Below, piece after piece: positions 30,421-38,286 of a DNA stretch of 38,286 nucleotides. The translations under genes were made by a program, and so were the position numbers. Where the stretch lies: NCBI GenBank assembly GCA_036229005.1, contig JAZAMN010000027.1, forward strand, positions 1 to 38,286, written 5' to 3'. Every line of letters begins with the position of its first letter. Positions within the stretch are counted from its first letter, which is position 1. Under the pieces are notes generated by a model. It had not been told where the DNA came from and made no database searches. It saw nothing but the letters and a program-made list of their open reading frames with translations. This stretch comes from Myxococcota bacterium. Its GTDB lineage: Bacteria; Myxococcota_A; UBA796; CAJQPC01.

Positions 30421-31872
30421 ATGCCCATCGACAGACGACAGCTCCTCAAGACCGGCGCGGCAGCGGCGCTGGGCTCCGCGACCCTGGGGGGATGCCGCGA
30501 GGGCGAGGACACCGGGACCGCGCAGGGCGTCGGCCAGATCGACCACGTGATCGTGGTCATGATGGAGAACCGCAGCTTCGACCACTACCTGGGCGCGCTG
30601 ACCCTGGAGGAGGGCCGCGACGAGATCGACGGGCTCACCGGACTGGAGACCAACCCCTCGAACCTGGGCGAGGACGTCCCGGTCTTCAAGCTGGACATCT
30701 CCTGCCAGGAGGACCCGCCGCACTCCTGGGGCTCCAGCCACGCGCAGTACAACCAGGGCGCCAACGACGGCTTCGTCATCAAGCACGAAGGCAACCACGG
30801 CTACGAGGTCGGCTCGGAGGCCATGGGCTACTACGGCCGCGAGGCGCTCCCGATCCACTACGCGCTGGCCGACCACTACTGCGTGCCGGACCGCTTCTTC
30901 TGCTCGGTGATGTCGTCCACCTGGCCCAACCGCTTCTACGGCCACACGGGCAGCTCCAAGGGCATCCAGGGCAACGACACCCACCCCGACGGCTACGACC
31001 AGATGAGCGTCTACAAGGCCCTGGAAGAGGTGGGCGAGGACTGGCGCTACTACTACACCGACGTCCCCTTCATCGGCCTGCTGGAGGACCACTGGGACGG
31101 CGAGCGCATCGGCACCGTCGAGGAGTTCCTGATCGCCGCCCGCAACGGCTCCCTGCCCGCGTTCACCTGGATCGACCCGGGCTTCACCTACAACGACGAC
31201 CACCCACCCCACCACGTGGGCCTGGGGCAGATGTTCCTGGCCACCATCTACGAGGCCCTGGCCCAGTCCCCCGCCTGGGAGCGCACCCTGCTGGTCATCA
31301 CCTATGACGAGCACGGCGGCTTCTTCGACCACGTGCCCCCGCCCACCACGCCGGACGACTACCCCGAGTTCATCCAGATGGGCTTCCGCATCCCGGCGCT
31401 GATCGTGGGCCCCTGGGTCAAGCAGGGCGTGGATCCCACCGTCTACGACCACGCCTCGGTGCTCAAGTACGTGTGCGAGCGATTCGGGATCGAGCCCTGG
31501 AACACCCGCATCGCGGGCGTGAACTCCATCGCCGACGCTCTGGACCAGGAGCGCATGGCCCAGAACCTGCCTCTGGATCCCGTCGTGCTGCCCGCCTTCT
31601 CCGTCCCCGACGCCGAGGTCACCGAGGACTGCCACTACGAGGGCTTCCTGGAGGGCGAGCTCCCCGACAAGCAGATCACGCTGCCCCCCAAGGGCGCCCG
31701 ACAGGGGAGCGGCGTGACCGTCTCCAAGAAGGCCTTCTCCACCCCCGGTGGGCAGCCTGAGCTGGAGGCCTGGGTGGAGCAGAACATGCCCTGGGCCGAC
31801 CGCCGCCAGCAGGTCCCGGAGATCCACCAGCGCCTGCTGGCCACCGCCCGCGAGCTGGGGCTGATTCGCTGA
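30421..31872 (+). CDS. Tat-exported phosphoesterase/phospholipase C family protein
   Basis: GGAGG RBS; DRRQLLK twin-Arg signal; MMENRSFDHYLG, TWPNR, DDHPP, YDEHGGFFDHV. Confidence 0.92.
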   Translation: MPIDRRQLLKTGAAAALGSATLGGCREGEDTGTAQGVGQIDHVIVVMMENRSFDHYLGALTLEEGRDEIDGLTGLETNPSNLGEDVPVFKLDISCQEDPPHSWGSSHAQYNQGANDGFVIKHEGNHGYEVGSEAMGYYGREALPIHYALADHYCVPDRFFCSVMSSTWPNRFYGHTGSSKGIQGNDTHPDGYDQMSVYKALEEVGEDWRYYYTDVPFIGLLEDHWDGERIGTVEEFLIAARNGSLPAFTWIDPGFTYNDDHPPHHVGLGQMFLATIYEALAQSPAWERTLLVITYDEHGGFFDHVPPPTTPDDYPEFIQMGFRIPALIVGPWVKQGVDPTVYDHASVLKYVCERFGIEPWNTRIAGVNSIADALDQERMAQNLPLDPVVLPAFSVPDAEVTEDCHYEGFLEGELPDKQITLPPKGARQGSGVTVSKKAFSTPGGQPELEAWVEQNMPWADRRQQVPEIHQRLLATARELGLIR

Positions 31873-33179
31873 TTCCGCGTCTGACCCTGGCCCTGGCGCC
31901 GCGTCGGGAGCCCGACTGGCTCTCGCTCGCCGTCGCGCTGCTGGCCGCCTGCACTCTGGGCGCCCTGGCGTGGTCCCACCCCGGGCTGCGCTTCGTGGAC
32001 TTTGCGTTCTTCTCGGAGCGCGCCCTGTCTCTGCGCAGCGGCTACCACTGGATCCACCCGCTCTACCCCGTCGGCTATCCCTGGCTGCTCTCCGGGCTCC
32101 AGCTCCTCACCGGCGACGTGCTCGTGGCCGGCCGAATCATCTCCGTGGCCCTGGGCACCCTGGGCATCTGGGGCCTCTCCCGCTGGCTCTCCCCCTGGGC
32201 GGGCCTCGTCGTGCTCGGCCACCTGCAGTTCCTGCTCTGGGGCAGCACCGAGGGCACCGACATGGCCGCCACCGCCCTGGCCCTGACCGCCCTCTGGGCC
32301 GCCGACTCGGAGTGCCCTGTCGCCGCCGGACTGCTCGCCGGGGCCGCCTGCATGACCCGCTACACCGGCATAGCCGTCGTGCCCGTGGTGCTCTGGGTGG
32401 GCGGCTGGCGGGCCGCCCTCAGCTTCGGCGCCACCCTGCTCCCCCACATCAGCGTCGCGCTCTACCTGGACCTGCCCGTCCTGCCCGACCAGTCCCTGAA
32501 CATGAACATCGGCCAGGGCCGCGGCCCCCAGCTTGGCTTCTGGGCCGGCCTCTTGGCGGGGGCCCGCCGCGCCAGCGACCACCTGCTCCCTGCCTGGCCC
32601 TCGCTGCTGGGTGGCCTGGGCCTGCTGGTGGGCATCGCCCGCCGGGATCGGCGCGCCTGGATGCTCGCCGCCTACGCCGCCCTCCACTTCGCCGGCCTGT
32701 CCCTCGCCTTCGCCAACCCGCGCCTGGCCCTGCCCACGCTCCTGTCCCTGTGCGCCGGTGTGTACTGGCTGCTGCCGCGCCGCTGGCTCCTCCTCCTCCT
32801 CCCCTTCGTCCTGAGCTGGTCCCTGCCCAGCGCCTTTGGGCCCACGCCCGCCCAGTTCGAGCAGCTCGCCGAGATGCAGCGGGTCACCGAGGGGATGGAG
32901 GGGCGCTTTGCCGCCAGCACACCCTGGTTCACCGTCCGGCGTGGGGGGTGGATCTACAGCACTGTCCAGATCTGGGAGGCCGGCGAGGCCGGGCTGCTCA
33001 CCGAGGACAAGCTGGCCGACTGGATGGCCCGCGAGGGCATCCGCTACGTGGTGCTCGACAGCCGGGCGCACCGGGCGAAGGGCCTGCAGGGGCTGCTGGC
33101 GGGGCGGGGTGGCGCGCGCTTTGAGCTGGCGGGGCGGGGCAGGGGCTTTGTGGTGATGGCGCTGAAGGAGGCGCGGTGA
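31869..33179 (+). CDS. GT-C fold (ArnT/PMT-like) membrane glycosyltransferase; start uncertain (CTG 31869 or GTG 31995)
   Basis: YPVGYP, GTD and TRYTG motifs; multiple TM segments; an in-frame TM helix lies upstream of the GTG. Confidence 0.68.
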   Translation: MIPRLTLALAPRREPDWLSLAVALLAACTLGALAWSHPGLRFVDFAFFSERALSLRSGYHWIHPLYPVGYPWLLSGLQLLTGDVLVAGRIISVALGTLGIWGLSRWLSPWAGLVVLGHLQFLLWGSTEGTDMAATALALTALWAADSECPVAAGLLAGAACMTRYTGIAVVPVVLWVGGWRAALSFGATLLPHISVALYLDLPVLPDQSLNMNIGQGRGPQLGFWAGLLAGARRASDHLLPAWPSLLGGLGLLVGIARRDRRAWMLAAYAALHFAGLSLAFANPRLALPTLLSLCAGVYWLLPRRWLLLLLPFVLSWSLPSAFGPTPAQFEQLAEMQRVTEGMEGRFAASTPWFTVRRGGWIYSTVQIWEAGEAGLLTEDKLADWMAREGIRYVVLDSRAHRAKGLQGLLAGRGGARFELAGRGRGFVVMALKEAR

Positions 33180-33192
33180 TGGACTCGGGCGC

Positions 33193-33490
33193 GGCTACGG
33201 GGTGTGAGTGAGCGGGACCCTGCGGCTACGGGGTGTGAGTGAGCGGGACCCCGAGGCTACGGGGTCCGACTGAGCGGTCTTCTGAGGCTACCGCCCACCA
33301 GTGAGCGATCGGGCCACCGTTTTGGCGTGTTCGAGGGCGAATTGGGCCAGAAATGGCCGATTTGAGGCTGAATCGGGGGCTGCACGGGCTGGATCGGTGG
33401 CCGGATCGCTCACTGAGTATGCCTGGCCTCAGCGAGTCGCTCATTCAGGGGGCGTAGCCACCCCTGGGCGCTCATCCAGGGTGCGTAGCC
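33193..33490. repeat. Bipartite REP/REPIN-like array, GTAG variant: 4 direct plus 3 inverted 31-bp units
   Basis: GGCTAC-N10-TGAGCG at 33193, 33224, 33255, 33286; inverted CGCTCA-N10-(CTG/GTA)GCC at 33407, 33438, 33469; 21-bp inner inverted repeat 33299-33319/33395-33415 with one mismatch. Confidence 0.92.
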
Positions 33491-34149
33491 CCACCCTGGA
33501 GCCCTTCCTGGAGACTGGCCGCCCGCCATCCCGCCCCCAGCTCCTCCCGAGACAGCCCCGGCAGCCGCGGGAAGCTCCACACCGGCACATCCAGCAGCGC
33601 CCGCAGGTCCGCCAGGTTGGAGGCCCGGGAGAGGTCCTGGCCGGCGTCGGCCAGCAGGTCGTTGAGCACCACGCCGGCCACCTGCAGGCCACTGGCACGC
33701 ACCGCGTCGACGGTCAGCAGGGTGTGGTTCAGGACCCCCAGCCGGTTCGCGGCCACGACCAGAACCGGGAAGTCCAGGGCCTGGGCCAGCTCAGGCACGC
33801 CAAAGTCCCAGGAGATGGGCACGCGCCAGCCACCGACGCCCTCCACCAGCAGCTTGGGGGCCGAGCGGGCCTGGATCCACGCCAGGATCTGCTGGAGGTC
33901 GGCGTGCCTTCCGGTGTCCTCGCCGGCGCGGTGGGGGCTCACGGGGGGGACCCAGGAGATCGCGGTCTCGGCGATATGCCCACAAGCTCTGGCCAGCAGC
34001 TCAGCGTCCTCTCCCGCCGTGCCAGGTGTGACCCCGCTCGCGATGGGCTTGAGGGCCCGGGCGCCGGTGGCGGCGGCGATGGAGGCGGTGACGACGGACT
34101 TGCCGACTTCGGTGTCGGTGCCGGTGATGAAGAGGCGGTCGGGGAGCAT
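33472..34149 (-). CDS. bioD: Dethiobiotin synthase
   Basis: FITGTDTEVGKS, LKPIASG, SPH, VEGVGG, LGVLNHTLLT, GVVLN. Confidence 0.93.
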   Translation of the reverse strand: MLPDRLFITGTDTEVGKSVVTASIAAATGARALKPIASGVTPGTAGEDAELLARACGHIAETAISWVPPVSPHRAGEDTGRHADLQQILAWIQARSAPKLLVEGVGGWRVPISWDFGVPELAQALDFPVLVVAANRLGVLNHTLLTVDAVRASGLQVAGVVLNDLLADAGQDLSRASNLADLRALLDVPVWSFPRLPGLSREELGAGWRAASLQEGLQGGATHPG

Positions 34150-34179
34150 GGGGGAGGGCTATCCGGTTAGTCCGAGGGC

Positions 34180-35499
34180 ATGGCAGACATCCTCATCCTG
34201 GGCGCCGGCGTCTCCGGTCTCGCGGTCGCCGAGTGGCTGCGCGACGACCACAACGTGCAGGTCCTGGAGGCGGGGCCCGGGCCCGGGGGAAAGGTCAGCT
34301 CGGAGGTGGTGGATGGCTTCACCTTCGACCGGGCGGCCAACGGCTGGCTGGACAACGAGCCGGCGATGGAGCGCCTGCTGCTGCGGGCGGGGCTGTCCCA
34401 GCAGGTGGTGAAGGCGACCCCGGGGGGCACCCGCTACGTGGTGGTGAACGGGAAGATGACGGCGCTCCCGGCCAAGCCGCCGCAGATGCTGACCTCTCCG
34501 GTGCTGACGCTGGGGGGCAAGCTGCGCATGGCCTGGGACCTGTTCGCGCCGGGCTTTGACGGCGAGGAGTCGGTCGCGCAGTTCGTCCGACGGCGGCTGG
34601 GGCAGGAGGCCCTGGAGCGCCTGGTGCAGCCCATGGTGACGGGCATCTACGCGGGCGACGTGGAGAACATGAGCGTGCAGGGGGCCTTCCCCAAGCTCAA
34701 GGAGCTGGAGCGCCAGCACGGCTCGCTGCTGCGGGGGGCCATCGCGCGGCGGAGCGCGGAGACGGGGCCCTCGGGCACGCTGACCAGCCTGGTGGGCGGC
34801 GCGGGGGTGCTGACCCGGACCCTGGCGGAGCGGGCGACGGTGCACTGCAACCAGGCGGCGACGGGCCTGGAGCGGGTGGGGGAGCGCTGGCGGGTGCAGA
34901 CGGCGCAAGGCAGCCTGGACGCCGACGCGGTGGTGGTCGGGACGCCGGCCTATGTGGCCGCGGAGCTCACGGCGGGCCTGGACACCGAGCTGTCCCAGGC
35001 GCTGGGCGCCATCCCGTACGCGCCGGTGGCGGTGGTGGGCCAAGGATTGCCTCGCTCGGGCTGGGATCCGCCGGAGGGGTTCGGGGTCCTGGTGCCGGAG
35101 GTTGAGCGCATGGGCATCCTGGGCACCCTGTTCACCTCGTCCATCTTCCCCTCGCGCGCCCCGGAGGACGGGGTGACGCTGCGCACTCTGCTGGGCGGCG
35201 CTCTGCATCCGCGTCAGGCGCTGCTCGAGCCCGAGGCGCTGGTGGAGATCGCGCGGCGGGAGGTCGGGAAGCTGGTTGGAGAGCTGCCGCCCGCTCGGGT
35301 GATCCGGGTCTACCGCCATGAGCGGGCGATCCCTCAGTACACCCTGGGACACCCCGGCCGCGTCGAGGTCATCGAGGCCGCCGAGCAGCGGCACCGGGGC
35401 CTGGTGTTCGTGGGCAACCACCTGCGGGGGATCGGGGTGAAGGACTGCGCCCGGACCTCGGAGGGGGCGGTGCGCAAGCTGCAGGAAGCGCTGGACTGA
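34180..35499 (+). CDS. hemG: Protoporphyrinogen/coproporphyrinogen oxidase (HemY-type flavoprotein)
   Basis: GAGVSGL FAD motif, ESVAQFVRRRLG, GIYAGD, GFGVL, IPQY, GIGVKDC. Confidence 0.9.
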   Translation: MADILILGAGVSGLAVAEWLRDDHNVQVLEAGPGPGGKVSSEVVDGFTFDRAANGWLDNEPAMERLLLRAGLSQQVVKATPGGTRYVVVNGKMTALPAKPPQMLTSPVLTLGGKLRMAWDLFAPGFDGEESVAQFVRRRLGQEALERLVQPMVTGIYAGDVENMSVQGAFPKLKELERQHGSLLRGAIARRSAETGPSGTLTSLVGGAGVLTRTLAERATVHCNQAATGLERVGERWRVQTAQGSLDADAVVVGTPAYVAAELTAGLDTELSQALGAIPYAPVAVVGQGLPRSGWDPPEGFGVLVPEVERMGILGTLFTSSIFPSRAPEDGVTLRTLLGGALHPRQALLEPEALVEIARREVGKLVGELPPARVIRVYRHERAIPQYTLGHPGRVEVIEAAEQRHRGLVFVGNHLRGIGVKDCARTSEGAVRKLQEALD

Positions 35500-35628
35500 A
35501 AGGCGCTTTCTCTTGCGTCCCCGCGGGGGCCTGGGAAAGGTTGCAAGGGCTTGACTCCGCAACGGGGCCCATCGGGGCACCCAATGATGCGGGCTGCACC
35601 GAGCCCCCCACCCCAGACTGGAGCCCCC

Positions 35629-37215
35629 GTGCTGCTGATCCTCTCGCTGCTGGCCTGCACCAAGGACACCCCGGAGACCCCGGACGACACCGGGACGGAG
35701 CGCCTGACCTGCGCAGACGGGCTCTACCAGCGGGAGTTCGTGGCCCCTGCGGAGCCCGGGATGCTGCGCCGGGACGCGGCCGGGGACTTCACGCTGCCGC
35801 TGGCGAATGGGGAGAGCTGGACCTTCTCGGAGCACTTTGACGGCTGCGACGTGATGGTGTGGGTCCCGCACAGCCTCAAGAACTTCAGCGGGGACCGGAT
35901 CTGGGAGGACGGGGTGGCCGACCTGGTCGACCAGTCGCCGGCCAACGCCATCTACGTGTTCTACGTGGAGGGGATCTACGCGGACTCCGCGGTCGAGCAC
36001 TACGAGGCGCAGCAGGCCCGCGTGGACGAGTACCTGGCCACCCTGGACGAGGAGCAGGCCGCCTGGTGGTCCGAGCGCCTGCTGGTGGTCGCGGGCACCA
36101 CGCGGGAGGGCTGGACAGGGCCGGCCGCGGTGGCCACGGGGACCTTCGACAACGGCATGGCGATCGACCGGCTGCAGCAGCTTCGCGGGGTGGGCAGCTA
36201 CGCGGATGTGCGGGATCTGAACAACTCGGTGGGCTGGTACGACTCCCGCCTGGAGCGCGCCCGCCACGAGGTCGAGTACCTGAACTGGGAGGCCCAGCGC
36301 GCCCAGGAGATGGAGGAGACCGAGAAGTTCGCGACCCGCGTGGACTTCTGGCAGGGCGACATCATCGAGGAGTACGAGGACATCACCGTCACGCTGCCCT
36401 CGGCCGATGAGATGTCCGGCTTCGACACCCTGGAGATCGAGGTGCTCATGGAGTGCCCCGACAGCGAGGCCATCGAGCAGAACAACTGCGGCGCCTGGGA
36501 CTACCTGGCGTACATGTGGGTCCTGGCGCCCGACGGCGAGACCTGGTGGGAGGTCTCCCGCTTCATCACCACCTACCACCGCGAGTCGCACTGGGTGGTC
36601 GACGGCACGCACGCGCTGCCCTGGCTGGCCGAGGGCGGTGAGCACACCTTCCGCTTCCAGTGGGCGCCGAGCTGGAACACCCAGCCCACGGCGGTCACCG
36701 CCAGCCTGCGCCTGAGCAACCAGGGCAAGGGCTACAAGCCGGTCAAGACCACCCCCCTGTTCACCGGCGGGGACTTCACCGCTGGCTACACCGACGACTA
36801 CGAGCCCATCGAGGTCGAGGTCTCAAGCGACGCCGCCCACGTCGAGCTGGTCACCATCCTGACCGGCCACGGCATGGAGACCAACAACTGCGCGGAGTTC
36901 TGTGACCACCGCCACTTCTGGGACGTGGACGGAGCCGTCAGCGAGCAGAGCTTCACCGACGTGGTCGGCGACCAGGAGGGCTGCTCGGGCCGCGCCAGCG
37001 AGGGCGTCGTCCCCAACCAGGGCGGCACCTGGTGGTTCGGTCGCGGCGGCTGGTGCCCCGGCGAGAAGGTCGAGCCCTTTGTGGTCGACGCCACCGAGGC
37101 CGCCGCCGATGGCAGCGTGACCGTCGACTACTACTCCACCTACAAGGTGCAGCCCTCCATCCCCTCGGGCAGCGGCAACATCGAGCTGCGGAGCTGGCTG
37201 GTCGAGTATCAGTAG
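35629..37215 (+). CDS. Peptide-N-glycosidase F-like lipoprotein with N-terminal redoxin-like segment
   Basis: GTG after GGAG; lipobox LLAC; CGAWDY, RFITTY, TGHG, CAEFC, GTWWFGRGGWCPG. Confidence 0.82.
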   Translation: MLLILSLLACTKDTPETPDDTGTERLTCADGLYQREFVAPAEPGMLRRDAAGDFTLPLANGESWTFSEHFDGCDVMVWVPHSLKNFSGDRIWEDGVADLVDQSPANAIYVFYVEGIYADSAVEHYEAQQARVDEYLATLDEEQAAWWSERLLVVAGTTREGWTGPAAVATGTFDNGMAIDRLQQLRGVGSYADVRDLNNSVGWYDSRLERARHEVEYLNWEAQRAQEMEETEKFATRVDFWQGDIIEEYEDITVTLPSADEMSGFDTLEIEVLMECPDSEAIEQNNCGAWDYLAYMWVLAPDGETWWEVSRFITTYHRESHWVVDGTHALPWLAEGGEHTFRFQWAPSWNTQPTAVTASLRLSNQGKGYKPVKTTPLFTGGDFTAGYTDDYEPIEVEVSSDAAHVELVTILTGHGMETNNCAEFCDHRHFWDVDGAVSEQSFTDVVGDQEGCSGRASEGVVPNQGGTWWFGRGGWCPGEKVEPFVVDATEAAADGSVTVDYYSTYKVQPSIPSGSGNIELRSWLVEYQ

Positions 37216-37985
37216 CGGGTCCAGAAGCCTCTACCTGCCGGGATCCCCGGAAAGCGGGGGTCGCCCAGGAGCAGGGCGGTGCGCTGGACGTGCTCGTCTG
37301 GCGGACCTTGGCGGCGCAGCGTGGCCGGGCTCGTGTCCAGCATGTCGGCCAGCTCGCCGGGTTTGGCGCAGATCAGGGCCTTCGCTGAGCGGAGCAGCAG
37401 ACTGCGGGCCGGTCCGCGTTGATCGAGCTGGTGGATGGGCATCCGGCAGTAGCCGGAGACGGCCGCCTGGAGCTCGTGCAGGGTAGGGTCGCGGCTCATC
37501 CCGCCGGGCAACTGGCTGCCCTCCAGGGAGACCGACTCGTCTTGGGAGGTGTAGGCGTGCAGCCGGTGGGGCTCGCGGTGCTTGGGGCGCACCGGGCTGT
37601 GGGCGAACCCCACCGCATCCCGGTAGGTGGACCAGGGCCAGGCCAGCGGGTCGTCCACCATCCCGGCGCGGCAGGGGTTCAGGTGGATGTAGCGGGTCTC
37701 GCGCCGCCGCTTCTGGTCATCGGCCGCCCAGCGCGACTCGGGCAGCTTCTCGATGCGTCTACCCTTGAGGCCCTGGGCGTGGTTCAGGCTGCGGCTGTGC
37801 GCCCGCAGGGCCTGGGCCAGCTCCAGGCGCAGATCCTTGTGGTGCTGCAGGTGCACGTGGTTGGGCATCAGACAGAGGGCCTCCATCCCCGCGCACGCGC
37901 GGGTGATGCGCTGCCACAGCGCGGCCGCGTCCTCCCAGGTGGAGATGAGGAGCCCGGCGTCAGCGCGGGCGACGATGTGGTACAT
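37209..37985 (-). CDS. REP-associated tyrosine transposase (RAYT/TnpA-REP, Y1 HUH) with C-terminal helical extension
   Basis: ATG at 37985 after GGGAG; MYHIVAR, LCLMPNHVHL (HUH), YIHLNPCRAGMV...WPWSTY. Confidence 0.85.
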   Translation of the reverse strand: MYHIVARADAGLLISTWEDAAALWQRITRACAGMEALCLMPNHVHLQHHKDLRLELAQALRAHSRSLNHAQGLKGRRIEKLPESRWAADDQKRRRETRYIHLNPCRAGMVDDPLAWPWSTYRDAVGFAHSPVRPKHREPHRLHAYTSQDESVSLEGSQLPGGMSRDPTLHELQAAVSGYCRMPIHQLDQRGPARSLLLRSAKALICAKPGELADMLDTSPATLRRQGPPDEHVQRTALLLGDPRFPGIPAGRGFWTRY

Positions 37986-38063
37986 GCTCGCTCCCTTTTC
38001 GGGGTGGGGGAGCAAAGCGCGTGCCGGCGCCAAGTGGCTGAAAGCACGTGTGGTGTCGGCTGG

Positions 38064-38106
38064 GGTGTCGGGTCTTCGACACCTGGACGGGCCCTTTCGA
38101 CGGGCC
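38064..38106. other. Two short hairpins upstream of the RAYT gene
   Basis: GGTGTCG-GGTCTT-CGACACC (38064-38083) and GGCCC-TTTCGAC-GGGCC (38090-38106). Confidence 0.45.
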
Positions 38107-38155
38107 AGCGGTGGTGAATGAGCGCGACCCGGTGGCTACGGCCTCCGAGTGAGCA
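38103..38155. repeat. Two units of the 31-bp GTAG-variant repeat, the second interrupted by IS110
   Basis: GGCCAG-N10-TGAGCG-N9-GGCTAC-N10-TGAGCA, same geometry as the 33193 array. Confidence 0.85.
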
Positions 38156-38286
38156 ACCGTCTTCTTCAAGTTGTTTGAACGGCCGGCGCAGTCGGCTGCG
38201 CAAGGTAGCTCCTCATCGTGCTGTTGAGGTGGATGAGGAGCTTCCGCATGCAGGCCACGATCGCGACCTTGGCTGGCTTTCCCTTG
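38152..38286 (-). mobile_element. Right end of an IS110-family insertion sequence (remainder outside window)
   Basis: Transposase 3' end followed by TTGAAGAAGACGGTTGCT, with the terminal CT shared with the repeat box. Confidence 0.78.
38166..38286 (-). CDS. IS110-family transposase, C-terminal fragment (absent from ORF track)
   Basis: Hand translation KGKPAKVAIVACMRKLLIHLNSTMRSYLAQPTAPAVQTT-stop matches the typical IS110 tail GKPxKVAIVAxMRKLL. Confidence 0.85.
   Translation of the reverse strand, partial: KGKPAKVAIVACMRKLLIHLNSTMRSYLAQPTAPAVQTT

Noticed and set aside
37209..37985. Classical IS200/IS605 element
   Set aside because: RAYT-type NPxRAG/WPWS motifs, no tnpB, and the 3' end overlaps the neighbouring gene with no room for a right-end hairpin
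38141..38169. IS-derived hybrid promoter driving the RAYT gene
   Set aside because: Sequence 17 nt past TTGAAG is GGAGGC, not a -10 box

Overview
High-GC bacterial chromosomal segment, most likely Myxococcota (MYXO-CTERM-like sorting tails, Cys-rich myxobacterial repeat, MopE-type and DADAD-repeat lipoproteins). It has about 30 CDSs: two thrombospondin-repeat surface proteins flanking a beta-barrel/OmpA protein, an orphan Mod-like DNA methyltransferase, HDOD and FixJ-type regulators, icmF, secreted lipoproteins, a pseudokinase, two GT-C glycosyltransferases, a HerA-like ATPase operon ending in a Septu-like ATPase+HNH pair, an ABC exporter, a Tat phosphoesterase, bioD, hemG and a PNGase F-like lipoprotein. 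The most notable signal is non-coding. Three loci (22067-22305, 33193-33490, 38103-38155) share a 31-bp box(6)-N10-box(6)-N9 unit, arranged as 4 direct plus 3 inverted copies in the two complete loci. One copy lies just upstream of a RAYT-type HUH transposase and is interrupted at its CT dinucleotide by the end of an IS110-family element. A separate CGTC-tagged hairpin array follows icmF. All calls come from reading motifs by eye; no database searches were run.
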